A model generated the notes under the pieces. The model did not search any database. It was not told the DNA's origin and was given only the letters and a program-made list of their open reading frames with translations. 64,000 nucleotides of DNA from positions 1-64,000 of the IMG/VR virus record IMGVR_UViG_3300032030_000041; one strand, written 5' to 3'. Numbering within the stretch: position 1 is the first letter of the stretch; every line of letters begins with the position of its first letter. The DNA comes from a virus. Taxonomy: Duplodnaviria; Caudoviricetes. Both the position numbers and the translations under genes were made by a program. Shown here piece by piece: positions 28,088-40,300 of the stretch.

Positions 28088-28594
28088 ATGGCATTAGAAT
28101 AGCCAACTCAGCGCCGATTCGCTGTGATGGGACTTAATACATTTAAAATCGCTAATAAATTAATGTCAAATCCGCGGCTTTGCCGCCTGTTAAAATACTA
28201 GGTTAGAGATCCTTTTAATGAAGAGAAGTATCCTCCGGTAGATGGAGCAGAGCTAATTAATAAACAAATTTTAATTGTTCCTAAGATATTTGATGACAGC
28301 ACAGAAAAAATGTCTTATGTAACTGCTCTATTCGATGGATTTGTGGTTAATTAGTTAAATCCAGAATTTAAAATATCCACTGTCCGATTTGATATTGCTT
28401 GCCCTTATGAAGAATGGCTTATGGATGATCAGTCTTTGCGGCCATATCTTATTATGCAAGAAATAGATGAAATGTTTAATGGCGCGAAAATGGCAGGTAT
28501 TGGTACATTGCAATTTTATCGCGCAGATCCATTAACATTGACTCCTTGGATCGGCGGTTATTCAATGGTGTATAAAATCAATGAATTTAACTGA
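28088..28594 (+). CDS. putative tail terminator/completion protein, 168 aa (3 TAG; absent from ORF track)
   Basis: GAGGTG SD; frame open except TAGs; RPYLIMQEIDEMFNG..GIG motif. Confidence 0.7.
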
Positions 28595-29360
28595 TGATGA
28601 TGTTTTACGATTTTTAAAAGGCTCACCAGTATTTATAGATGACATATGCGCGGTGTTTCCTGCCACTTTAGGGCAAATTGTTGATGAAGGGTATGAAGAA
28701 TTTTAGAAGTATTTGAGTGTGCTTACAGCTGTTAAACCGAGTACTTAGCACGATGCTGATTAGGAATTGAAAGAACTAATGTCTAAATTAACAGACTTTT
28801 AGTATATCTTACTAATGGCTAATTTAGACCCACAAATTCATACCCTAATGAAAAAAGGTTTCAAATTTTTCACTCATGAAGATGCAGTTTTTTCTATGGA
28901 ACCGGCACAAATTATTATAGGCCCTTTGGCGGAAAAACACCTATTAACTGAGGATAAATTCTACGATTTTTAGCGATTACTTCGTAGAATGTATTTTTTA
29001 GAAACAGAGGATGAAGAGATTATTATTTATGAGGATGACCCAGAGATTACTAAGCGACTTAAAATGCAATAGCGCGATCGGCGCGAAAAGCTTCGCCGCG
29101 CAAAAGCAAAAGAAGCAAAGAAAAATGGATCAGATTTAAAGTTCTCAGATTTAATAGCAAGTATCCCTCTGAATAATTGCGGCCTAAATATATCGAATAT
29201 TTGGGATATTACATATTACGCTTTTCATGATCAACTCAAGCGGATGGGGTGGCGTGATTAGTTTAATATAAATCAGCAAGCCGCATTAGCGGGTGCTAAA
29301 ATACAAAAGTCGCAATTGAAGCATTGGATGCGCTCAATAGCTGATGGCGACAAGTCATAA
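28581..29360 (+). CDS. tail-module protein (possible assembly chaperone), 259 aa (7 TAG; absent from ORF track)
   Basis: Frame open to TAA at 29360 except TAGs; fills the gap before the tail tube gene. Confidence 0.7.
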
Positions 29361-29377
29361 TTTGGGAGGTAACTTTT

Positions 29378-30334
29378 ATGGCTAACAATGTTAATATTTT
29401 TGACAAGTATGGTATTAAAGAAGTTGCCAATGTTTACTTCGAAGCTCTAGACGATGATCTAAAGACCGGCGTATACAAGGGCGATATCGTACTCTTCTTA
29501 GACACCCTAAAAGTTTCTACCATTGAGACCACTGCTGAGAATGTAGCCGCACAGGGCGGTTGGGGAAATCCTAAACTCGTACAGTGGGATTATGGTAAGG
29601 AAATCAATATCACTCTAGAAGATGCTCTAATGTCTCTAGAATCTCTACGTTTCATGCTAGGTGGCGCTATCAAGCGTCCTATGGGCCAGGATACTGTAGT
29701 TGTACATCACACTGAGGAAGTAACAGCCGTAGCAGGCACTGGTGATAATGCAGCAAAGGTATTTGTACCTGCTCCAAAGGATCATATCACTGGTATTCAG
29801 ATGTTACCCGCTGCTTCTACTGCCCATCCAATTAAGTTAATTAACTTAACCAAGGGCTATCGTACTCAGATTACTGAAGGTACAATGGCAGCTCTAAATA
29901 GTGTTACCTTTAAGAATCCAAAGGCCGGCATTGCTTCTGCTGGAGAAGCTCCTTCTGCTGGTGATAAGATTCGTATTTTCTGGGATGAAATCGTTGCTGC
30001 GGCTACCGAAACTGAAGATGCAGTTGAAGTTACTATTTCTCCAGATACCTTCCCTGGCACTTATAAGGTAGTTGGCGATACTCTAATCCGTTCTGAAAAG
30101 ACCGGTCGTGACGAGCCATTCCAGTTCATTATCAATAAAGCTAAGGTACAGAGCAATGTTACTATTACTCTACAGGCTGAAGGCGATCCTTCTACTTTCG
30201 AAATGACCCTAAACGTTCTACGTGATGGCGACGAAATGATGAAGCTAGTTCGTTACAATGTAACTACTAATACTTCTGGTACTGCTGAGACTGACATTGG
30301 CTCTCTAACCGCTGAGGATTCTCAGACCCCTTAA
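29378..30334 (+). CDS. major tail tube protein, 318 aa, TAG-free
   Basis: YGIKEVANV, GGWGNPKLVQWD and AEGDPSTF motifs; strong codon bias; terminator follows. Confidence 0.8.
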   Translation: MANNVNIFDKYGIKEVANVYFEALDDDLKTGVYKGDIVLFLDTLKVSTIETTAENVAAQGGWGNPKLVQWDYGKEINITLEDALMSLESLRFMLGGAIKRPMGQDTVVVHHTEEVTAVAGTGDNAAKVFVPAPKDHITGIQMLPAASTAHPIKLINLTKGYRTQITEGTMAALNSVTFKNPKAGIASAGEAPSAGDKIRIFWDEIVAAATETEDAVEVTISPDTFPGTYKVVGDTLIRSEKTGRDEPFQFIINKAKVQSNVTITLQAEGDPSTFEMTLNVLRDGDEMMKLVRYNVTTNTSGTAETDIGSLTAEDSQTP

Positions 30335-30347
30335 TTAACTAACAAAT

Positions 30348-30378
30348 CCTAGGGACTCTTCGGAGTCCCTGGGTTTTT
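30348..30378 (+). terminator. intrinsic terminator
   Basis: CCTAGGGACTC-TTCG-GAGTCCCTGGG plus T run. Confidence 0.85.
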
Positions 30379-30396
30379 ATTAGGTAGGTGAAAACC

Positions 30397-31272
30397 TTGG
30401 TAGAAGAATATTTTGGTATAAAAGAATTATATGAAGTTGTTCTTCGTGCGAAAACCGCTATGAACTTTGGTGAACGTTATATTGAAGCGGATGAACCTGT
30501 TCTTTATTTCGATCATATAGCAATGTCAATGTTATCGGAGTAGAATAAAGCAATTTTCGCACGCGGCGGCTGGGAAAATTAGCCTAAAGTTATTTGGCAG
30601 GATAGATCTGAAGTTAGATTTCAAATGACTCAAGGCGTTGTGTCTTAGTTTGGTTTAGGAGTGCTTTTAGGCGCGAGAGCAGTTGTTAAAGGTATAGATA
30701 AACCAATACTAATGCATAAGAAAGAGGGGCCAATGGAACTTAATGAAGAACATTAGTTATTTTTGGAACATTGGCCTGTAGAAAGTAATAGAAAGAAGAC
30801 TTTTATATTTGATTTTGCGCGCGATTCCGTACAAAAGAAAATATATGGAAAACGTATTACTGGGAAGAAAGATCCTTTCGATGATAAAAAGGATCGTCCT
30901 TGCTTGGAATTATACGAGGATAAAGAATTGACAATATTGGCAGACACCAATAAGAAATATGTAGTAGATTATTACTATGATTATGGGAAAGAGGCTCTTT
31001 CTTATACATTAAAGAAAGAGCGTTTTAATGGCTTGTTTACCTTAGAAGGGAAATTTTATTCTAAGGACGAGAATGAGGGCATGAATTATACAAATATTTT
31101 GTATATGCCTAAAGTTAGGATCGTAAGCGATATTAACTTGCGATTGGGAGAAAGGGCTGATCCAACGGTGTCCGCGTTTGATATAATAGGGTTGCCGGAG
31201 ACTGTCGGTGACGAATAGAATTTAATAGTTGAGATTTAGCATCTGGGAGAGGATTTGGATGCTGATATATGA
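30397..31272 (+). CDS. tail-tube paralog (minor tail protein), 291 aa (TAG recoded)
   Basis: TTG start after AGGTG; FGIKELYEV, ARGGWEN and ERADPTV echo the major tail protein. Confidence 0.7.
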
Positions 31273-31273
31273 T

Positions 31274-31308
31274 AGCCACTTTCTTGCGAGAAAGTGGCTC
31301 TTTTTTTA
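31274..31308 (+). terminator. intrinsic terminator upstream of the tape measure gene
   Basis: AGCCACTTTCT-TGCG-AGAAAGTGGCT plus T run. Confidence 0.8.
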
Positions 31309-31336
31309 TTTTATGAGTAAAAGGAGATGAAAGGGA

Positions 31337-34300
31337 ATGGCTGATGCAATTTAGGTTCCAGTACGATTATAGATAGCGAATTTATAGGACTTAGTGAAGA
31401 ATCTATAGAGTACTTTGGGAAATTTAAAAATAGGCACAAAAGGTTATTAGGATGTTGAAAATGCAATTAAGAGAATTCAAAGTGATATTGATAAACTACA
31501 GTTGCAGAGTTCTAAACCATTTGTTTCTGAAAAGCAATTTTCTACAGCGGATAAAACAGTATCTAAGTTAGAAGAAGATGTGAGTCGTGTAACTTAGATG
31601 ATGTCTCGTGTTAAATTTGGAGACTTAGAACTTAACAATACCCAAAAGGCGCAATTAAAAGATTTTGAAACACAAATTGAAAATGTTAAGAAAGCAATTG
31701 AATCATTAAAGGGCGTCGCAAAAGCTGATTTTCTTGCTGGCGATATAGGTAAATTATATTCTGATCTTGACCCTGCGGCCGCAACTCGATCTTTTGAAGA
31801 TATTGGAAAACGTATTGATCAAGAAGTAGATAAATAGATACGAAGTGTTAAAGCGGCAGAAGATGCGCTAAAAGATTATTAGAATGCATAGCGTGTGAAT
31901 AACAACATTGATTAGTTTCTATCTGGTAAAAATGGATTAGATGCTAAGACAATGGGTAAGCAGTTATATGATAAAATCTTCTAGCAAGTTTCTATGAAAA
32001 ACGGAAATATGGTTACTCGTTTTACTGGAAAAGGGCGCAGTTTACTAGAAGATTATTTAACGCAATAGTATAGTTTAGATCCGGCTTTTGCCCATGATTT
32101 GGTAAGCGATAAGGCCAGCGAAGTATTAAAGTTAATATCAACTTCAAACGAAGCTTTAACAGCAAAATTATAGGCCATTAAGCAGCGTAATGCGGCGACT
32201 ATTAATAAAAATTCTACAGCTAAGATTGCCGTAGATGAGGCATAGAAAAAACTCGATGATGCGTTAGCTATGAAGTAGACGCATACTGATGCGGGAAAAA
32301 CATTAGATGAATCTACTAGTAAGATGAATTCTGGACTAACTACACTAATTGAAAATTTTCATAAATGGCAGCAAGCTCAGGCTGCCGCAGCAGGAGCCTC
32401 TCCTGCTTTAACATCTAGTGTATAGCGTTTTAATTAGGAAATTCAAAATTTACGCACTAATTTAGCTTCATCTTCTTCTGAGTTCTTGAGATTACAACGT
32501 ACTGCATCTAATTTTAATGCTATTAAAATGTCTATTGTTAATTTTATGGGCTTTAGACAAGTATTAAACGTAGTAAAACGAGGTATTTCCGAAGCTGTTA
32601 ATCATATTAAAGAACTAGATACTGTAATGAATGGTATTTCTATTGTTACAGATATGTCTACGAGTGATCTATGGGGTCAAGTTGAAGCCTATAGTGATAT
32701 GGCGTAGAAATATGGTACTACTATAAAAGGTGCATATGAAGTTTCATAGATTTACTATCAACAGGGTTTGTCTACAAATGAAGTTTTAACATTAACAGAC
32801 TAGACATTAAAATTAGCAAAAATTTCTGGACTAGATTATGCTACAACTACTGACTATATGACTACTGCTCTTCGTGGCTTTAAGATGGAAGCAGAAGATG
32901 CGGGTAGGGTTGTAGATGTTTATAGTAACCTAGCCGCCCATACTGCAGTATCATAGGAAGAACTTGCAATTGCAATGAGTAAAACAGCTTCTTCTATGGA
33001 ATCTGTCGGGGCAACATTTGAAGAAACCTCTGCAATGATTGGTACAATGGTTGCCGTTACTCGTGAATCTCCTACTAATATTGGTAGTGCTATGAAGAGT
33101 ATCGCCTCTCGTTATGGTGAATTAACAAAAGATCCTACGATTTTAAAAGATAGTGAAGGCGAAGAACTAGTATTCAACAAAGTTGATGCGGCATTACAGT
33201 CTGTAGGTATTTCAATGCATACTGTAGATGGACAATTCCGTTCATTTACTGAAGTTATTACTGAATTAGGAGAGAAGTGGGACGAATTAGATAGCACACA
33301 ATAGCGTTATATTGCTACTCAATTTGCTGGTAACCGTCAGCAATCTCGTTTCTTGGCTTTAATTAGTAATATTGATACATTTAAAGCAAATTTGGAATAT
33401 GCTGAAGATAGTGAAAATACAGGTACTTTACAAGCTTTGAAATCACTTGATTCTATTGAAGCCAAAGCGGAGCAAGTACGTGTTGCTTATCAACAAATGT
33501 ATACCTCCCTCGGTGCAGAAGAACTATGGAAAGATGTTCTTGACATCGTGCGCGGTTTTGTAAATACTCTTAATGGCTTATCTAAACCAGGTGCTCTAGT
33601 AACATTGATTGATACTATTAAGACATTAAAAAATATAGGCATAGGTACAGTTAGTAAAGTTTCTGATTCATATTTTAATGGCAATGGTGTTCTCGGATGG
33701 CTAACTGGTGGTAAATATAGACAACAAATTTTAGAATAGGATAAGGCTAGAAAAGCATAGCATGAACCTTTAATGTCACATTTGTTTGGTGCCACTACAC
33801 AAGCTAATACGGCAGTAGATAGCAAGCGCGCGGCAGAAGAAGGTGCCGCCGCAGCAGCAGAGCGAGAAGCAGCTGCTAATGAAAGAACCGCCGCTGCAGC
33901 ACAACAGGCGGCGGCTGCGAAATAGGAGAATAAGAGTGCGAATTCAGAAACGGCGACAAGTCAACCTCAATAGCCAACTACCGCAGTAGATTTAGCAACA
34001 TAGTTTGCAGGAAACGGCGTTACCCAATAGTTAAAACGAAATTTTAATCTTAGCGGTGATATTGAAGCGATAAAAGGAGAGTTATCCAGTTCTCTTAATG
34101 CAGTTATATCTTAGACAGAAGGAGCAAGCGCAGCTTTAGCTAATGCTGGTAAATTAGGAGTTGAGCAATATTTAAATGGTATTATATCTGGCATTCCGGA
34201 ATTATCAGATAAGGCGGCTGAATTATCTGCAGCACTTGTCGAAGGTTTAAATATCAGTTGGCCATAGTCGGAGAGTCCTGTAAATAGTTTAAATATAGAT

Positions 34301-37300
34301 AATTTAAAATCTCAAATTACAGAGTTTTCTCAAGCAGCTAATTTAGAGCCAATATGGATTGAAGCCCGTTTAAAATTTGTTGATGAAATACAGGCTTTGG
34401 ATCCAACTATATTATCATAGATTTAGGAAGCAATTAATGCAATTGACTTTAGTTCTCCAGATTGGCAAACAGATTTTACCGCGGCTATAGAGAAAATTAA
34501 AGAAAATGCAGCTAGTCTTGGTATTGATTTAACGCCAGCCTTCGAAAAAGCGGGTGAAAATGGTATTGCTGGACTTGTAGCTGGCTTATCTTCTGGGAAT
34601 CCTGCCGCAGTTGCAGGTGAAAAAGGTACATAGGTCATTGAAGCATTAAAAGCTGGTATGGGCTGTCATTCTCCTTCTGTATTTGCAATGATTGCTGGTT
34701 AGAATGTTATTGCAGGTTTATCTGAAGGGATACAATCTTCTGCACAAGAAGCAGTAGATGCAGCAAATAAAGCAGGTACTTCTGTTATCGATGCTTTAAA
34801 AGAAGCTATGAAGTTCGATGATAATAGTTTTGCGGCTTTCAAAGATAGCATACTTGCATAGATTGATTAGCTTGGTCCAGACGTTAGTGAAGGAATGAAA
34901 GCAAGTATGCGTCAAGTAACAAATAACTTGACATTTGAAGATTTTCTTGCAGGAAAAGCTCCTCCTGAATTTTATTAGTTTGCAGGTATGTATGGAAATG
35001 CTGTAATGCAATCTGGAGTAGCTTATGCTAAGCAGAATATTGATACAGCAGCATAGGAAAAAAGTGATGCTTTAGGCTCATAGTTATTATTAAATGAAAA
35101 TGGTTTAACTGCGGAGCAGCAAGCAGAGTATGATGCGAGAAAAAAAGCAATTACGGCTAAATATGATACAGAATTTAATGATTTAAAGAAACAAAGAAAT
35201 TAGATTGAAGAAGAACAAGAAATTTTATCTTAGAAGAAGGCGAATTCTTCTTTATCTGAAGCCGAGCAAGCTAGATACGATGACTTAGAACGGCAGAAAG
35301 CAGAATTGACTTCTCGTATGGCTCAAATTAACGGGTCTCCACTAACCGCGAATAATTTTGGTGGCTTTAAAGGTCTTGAGTAGTAGGCAAAAGAAGCTTT
35401 AGATGCGGAATATAGGGCAGTCGCAGAAAATAATCAAAAATATAATCAAGGTTTAAATCGTGATAAAAATAGTATTACGGCTGATGCAGAGCGTGAAAAA
35501 CAAAAAATAGAATCCGAAGGATAGCTAGCTGCAAATAAAAATGCTAGAGATTTAGAATATCAAGCAAGTCGAGATATATATGGAAAAGATGCTCGTGCTG
35601 TTTTTACTGAATTTGATAATCTAGTATAGAATCTTTCACATTAGCATAGAGAACAGGAAAAGGTTCAAGAAAGTGCAGCAGCATTTCGTGAAACTTATGG
35701 TACATCAACTCAAAATGCATCGGCTACAGCAACACCAGTGGATACGGCTGCAGTAGAAGCCGAAACTGCTGCAATTAATGAAAAAACTGCGGCATTGGAA
35801 CGAGAAAAATAGGCTCAGGAAGCAGTACCATAGACGCCAATAGATGTTACTGTAGATCCAGAAGAGGCTCAAGAATAGGGCGCTATCGCTGGAGATGCTG
35901 CAGCTAGTGCATATGGAGAAGAGGTGAGCAATAAAAATGTGTCACCTTCTCCAATAAATAAGGGTGAAGCTGCAGAGGACGGTAATGATGCAGGAACGAC
36001 TGCAGGTGATAGCTACATTGCCGCAGTGCGTAATAACAATGCATCGCCATCTCCAATAAATAAAGACGAAGCAGTAAATGACGCTAACGACACCGCAGCA
36101 GTTGCAGCTGATGCATATGGAGAAAAGGTGAGCAATAAAGATGTGCCGCCTCCTCAACTAAATAAGAGTCAAGCTGAGGAGGATGCCAAGGCTACAGCAG
36201 AACAGGCTCAAGCAGCAGCTGCTGCGGAAAAAGCTCAAGAAACCGCAGAACAAGATCAAGACGTTGTTGCAGAATTAGCAGAACAAGCTCAAGAAATTGC
36301 AGAACAAGCTCAAGAAGATGCAGAATCAGATACAGATAAAGGTGCAGAACAAGAGAAAAGCACTCCTGCAGAATAGTCATCCTCATAGGATAGTTTGCCA
36401 GGAGCCTTATCTGCCGTTGCAGACACCGCAAAAGGCGCTGCTGCTGCGCTCTAGGATCTAGCTACTGCAGGTAAAGGAGCAGCAGACGCAAATAAAGCAG
36501 GAGCAGAAGCGGAATAGGAAGAAAAAGATGCTGCAACTAGAAATGCTGAAGCTAAAGACAGAGAAGCAGAGGCGTCTAATGGTACAGAAGATGCTAAAAC
36601 AAGAGAAGCAAGTGCTTCTGACCGTGCAGCAGATGCAGATAATCGCGAGGCAGGAGCGAGTGAACAAGCTGCAGCCACGAAAGGTGGTTTTGGTAGCGGG
36701 AATATAGGAGGTTTTTCTAGTACAAAATTAAGTCAATTAGGTAGCGGTCTTAGTATGCTAGCTGGGACTCTTCCAACATTACTATCCAAACATGGTGTAA
36801 TGGATTAGAGATCTTCTGAAAGGCTTGGTGGAGGTCTGAATTTTGTTAGCGGTGCTGCTAAAGGAGTTGCTGGCTTTTTTTCTGGTAATCCTATGATGAT
36901 TATTAGTGGCTTTATGAGCGTTCTTAATGGAATTGATCAATGGAACGAAGATGAAAAAGAAAAATTAGAACGTTTAACTAAAGAATCTGAAGAGGCTAAG
37001 AATGAATCTTTAAAAGCTACTGGTGAATACAAAGAATTACAAAGCGCAGAAAAGAAACTAACTGATTTACGTGCTAAGAGGTATGACAGCGAAGAAGATG
37101 CTGAAGCATATTAGAATGCCGTTAATGATTTAACTTCTAAATTTCCTCAGTTAGTTGCTAATTTTGATGAGGCTGGTAACGCTATATTAGAAGAAACTGC
37201 ACTTACCTAGGCTTTGACCACAGCACGTAAAGAAAGTGCATAGGCGGCCTATGATGCAGCGAAAGCTGAAGTAGCCAGAGCGAAATAGGCAAAAGAGAAT

Positions 37301-40300
37301 GCCTTGAGTGAAGCAAGAAATAAAATTACTTCTAGTTTAGACTATTTAGCTACTGGCCCAGATACATATGTTTCGCCTAAAAACAATTCTGCGAGATATG
37401 CTAACTTACTTAATAATTCTTCATTAATGCAACGAGTTTTATGGGATAATTCGGGCGTATCAAACGATGCAAATTCAATAACTGACTTTATAAATTCTTT
37501 TGAAAATGAAAATCTTGCATAGTAGGCATTTTTAACTGCGTTATATAATCAAACTAAAGATGGTGATTTATAGACATTTTTTAGAGAACATTAGTAGTTT
37601 GAAGGACTCTATCTTTCGACTGATGTCTTGGATGAATTATTGAATACTCCCGAAGAAGAAATTGGTCTTAAAGATAGCAATTTCTAGGAAGCCGTAGGAT
37701 TTTTCCGTGCATTTCGTAATTTGGGTACATAGCGCAATGAAGCTACGGCAGAAGAACAAACAAAAGCTGCGAATGATATTAATCAAGCAATTACTCAACT
37801 TCATAATGATGCACGAGATGGAACGGGCGATTTAAATGCAGATTTAGAAAGTTTAAATAGTTTATTAACACAATATAGTGACGCTAAATACGGATTAACT
37901 GAAGATATTGCAAATGTACGTGATGCACTGAGTGGAGGTATTAGTAATCTTGATACTTTTAATAAAGAAGCAGCGCAATTACAAGTTGGTATAAAAAAAT
38001 AGATTACTGAGAAATTACGGACTAATTTTGATCAATCGGCAGTAATTAACAGTAGTACTGGTATATTTGAATTAATTTCATCTAAATTAAATTCTGATTA
38101 TGAAGCTGCTTTAGAGTAGACGCCTGATTTAGAATTTGATGCTTGGTGGCTTAATACCGGAATGAACTTAGCTCAATCTTTAATGTCTTTAGGAGATAGT
38201 ATTCTTAATCAAATGACCGATGCTTAGCAGAGTGAATTTAAGTCTATGATTAAGAATAATCGTTACTACAGTGCCGATACAGTTAAAAAATATTTAACAG
38301 AGCGAGGCTATTTAACCAACGAGGGGTGGGAAACCGAAGAAGGTAAGGCATTTAGCGACTCTATTGATTAGACTTTTGCTGCCCAAGAATAGGTACGAAA
38401 GGATTTAATTGAAAAATATGCGACACAAGGTACCAATTTATCTGGTATTCAAAAATTCCAAAATCGTATGTTGTCTTAGTTAGATAAAGATACAGCCACA
38501 GAAGCTACTCGCGCAATGTACAATGACATCATTAGTAAGTATGAAGATATATATAAGTATGGTGATGATTTATCTGCATCTTATGGTTAGAAGGCATTAA
38601 TATTTACTTCTGCCGTAATGAGACTTCAAGATGAAGAGCGCATGTCTGTTTAGCAAGTTTTAGAGCAAACAGGTTATACTGCTGAAGGATTACGTGAAGC
38701 TGCTGATAAACTTCGTGAAAATAAAGATGATAATCTTACAGACAAATAGGCTAGTGATATTGCGAGTAAATTAGAAGCTATGGCAGATACCATGCTTACT
38801 AATATTGGACTTACATTAGATGCTCAAATTGATGCTTTTGTTAACAATTGGTCAGATGCTTCTAAAAACATTTCTACTGGATTATCGGGCATGGATGCTA
38901 CTTCTGCATAGAAATGGTTAACTGAGAATGCGAAGTATTTGGAAAAAGGTGGCTTAAAAGATCTAGATTTATCAGATTTAACTTATGCAGATGGAAAATT
39001 TTATACCAGTATAGAGTAGTTACGAGCATATGAACAAGGATTTGCTGAAAATTATCGTGCACAGGTTAAAGCAGCTACTACAGAGTTAGATAATATAGTA
39101 TCGAAAAATGGCTTAAAATCTACCGATCTTGCAAGTATTTCTGCAGAGGCCACAAGTTTAAACAAAGATTAGTAGACAGATATTAATCAATTAGCAGCCT
39201 GGGCTTCAGAGATTGGTTTAACTGATTTATTTACATTTGAAGTAGATGAAGAAGGAAAATATACTGGTAATGCTAAACTGGCTAAGGGCACTGCAGAGGA
39301 AGCATACAAAGCCATATTAGCTAAAGCGCAAGAATTAAAAGAATCTGGAACACATGTAGACGACTATATTTAGAATTTTTATTAGGAGCAAATAGATACT
39401 TTACAAGATGCTATTGATGTAGGAGAATATCTTAGTTCTGAAACGCGTGGAAAGGATACTGAATCTCGTAAAACATTAGAAGATTAGATTAGCCGCTATT
39501 TAACTGCATTAGATGTAGCTGGAAAGTTACAATTACCAGAAAGTTATTTAAAAAAAGCTGGATCTGAGGCGAGAGAACCATTAATTAGAGAATATACTAA
39601 GGCGCTAATTAAAGATTTGGAAGCAGGCGGATTGCAAGCAGTACAAGCTTTAAAGACCCTTAATCCCGATGCAACTTCTGAAGAATTAGAACAAGCCTAT
39701 TCTTATCTTTTTACTGAATGGCAACAAGCATTTGAATAGCTTAGTTCTATTGAAGTTGGCTCACTAGCCACTGGTAAAGTTAAAGATATTCTTTTCGGTC
39801 TTCATATGGTTGATGAAGATGGTGTCGTTAATGCTACTTTTGATATGGTAGAAGCTTATACGGCTATCTATACTGAAATGAAGTCTACTGCTGGCGCAAC
39901 TACTGCCGATCTGAACAAAACCTATGCTGAACTTCTTACTGCTAAAGACCAACGTAATATGGATGTCACAGAGATGCTCGAAAATGCGTCCGGAATGACA
40001 TACGATGCATTAGGACAAATCCTAAGTCGTTATAATATTAGACTTGAGGACGCGTTAGATGATGCTGCTGGTTATGGTTTAGAGAGTACAGGCTTTGGAA
40101 AAGTTCGTTTAACCAATTGGGAAGCTTTTGCCAAGAAGGTATTTAAGACTGAAGATTTAGCGGCGATTGCAAATACGCCAGAGTATATTAGCGCTTTTAA
40201 GGCTTATAATGATGGGCTTATTGAGTTAAATAAAAATACTGAAAAGGTTATAGTAGATGAAGTTAAGTAGATTGAAAGTGCAAAAGAGGGAGATTGGCTT

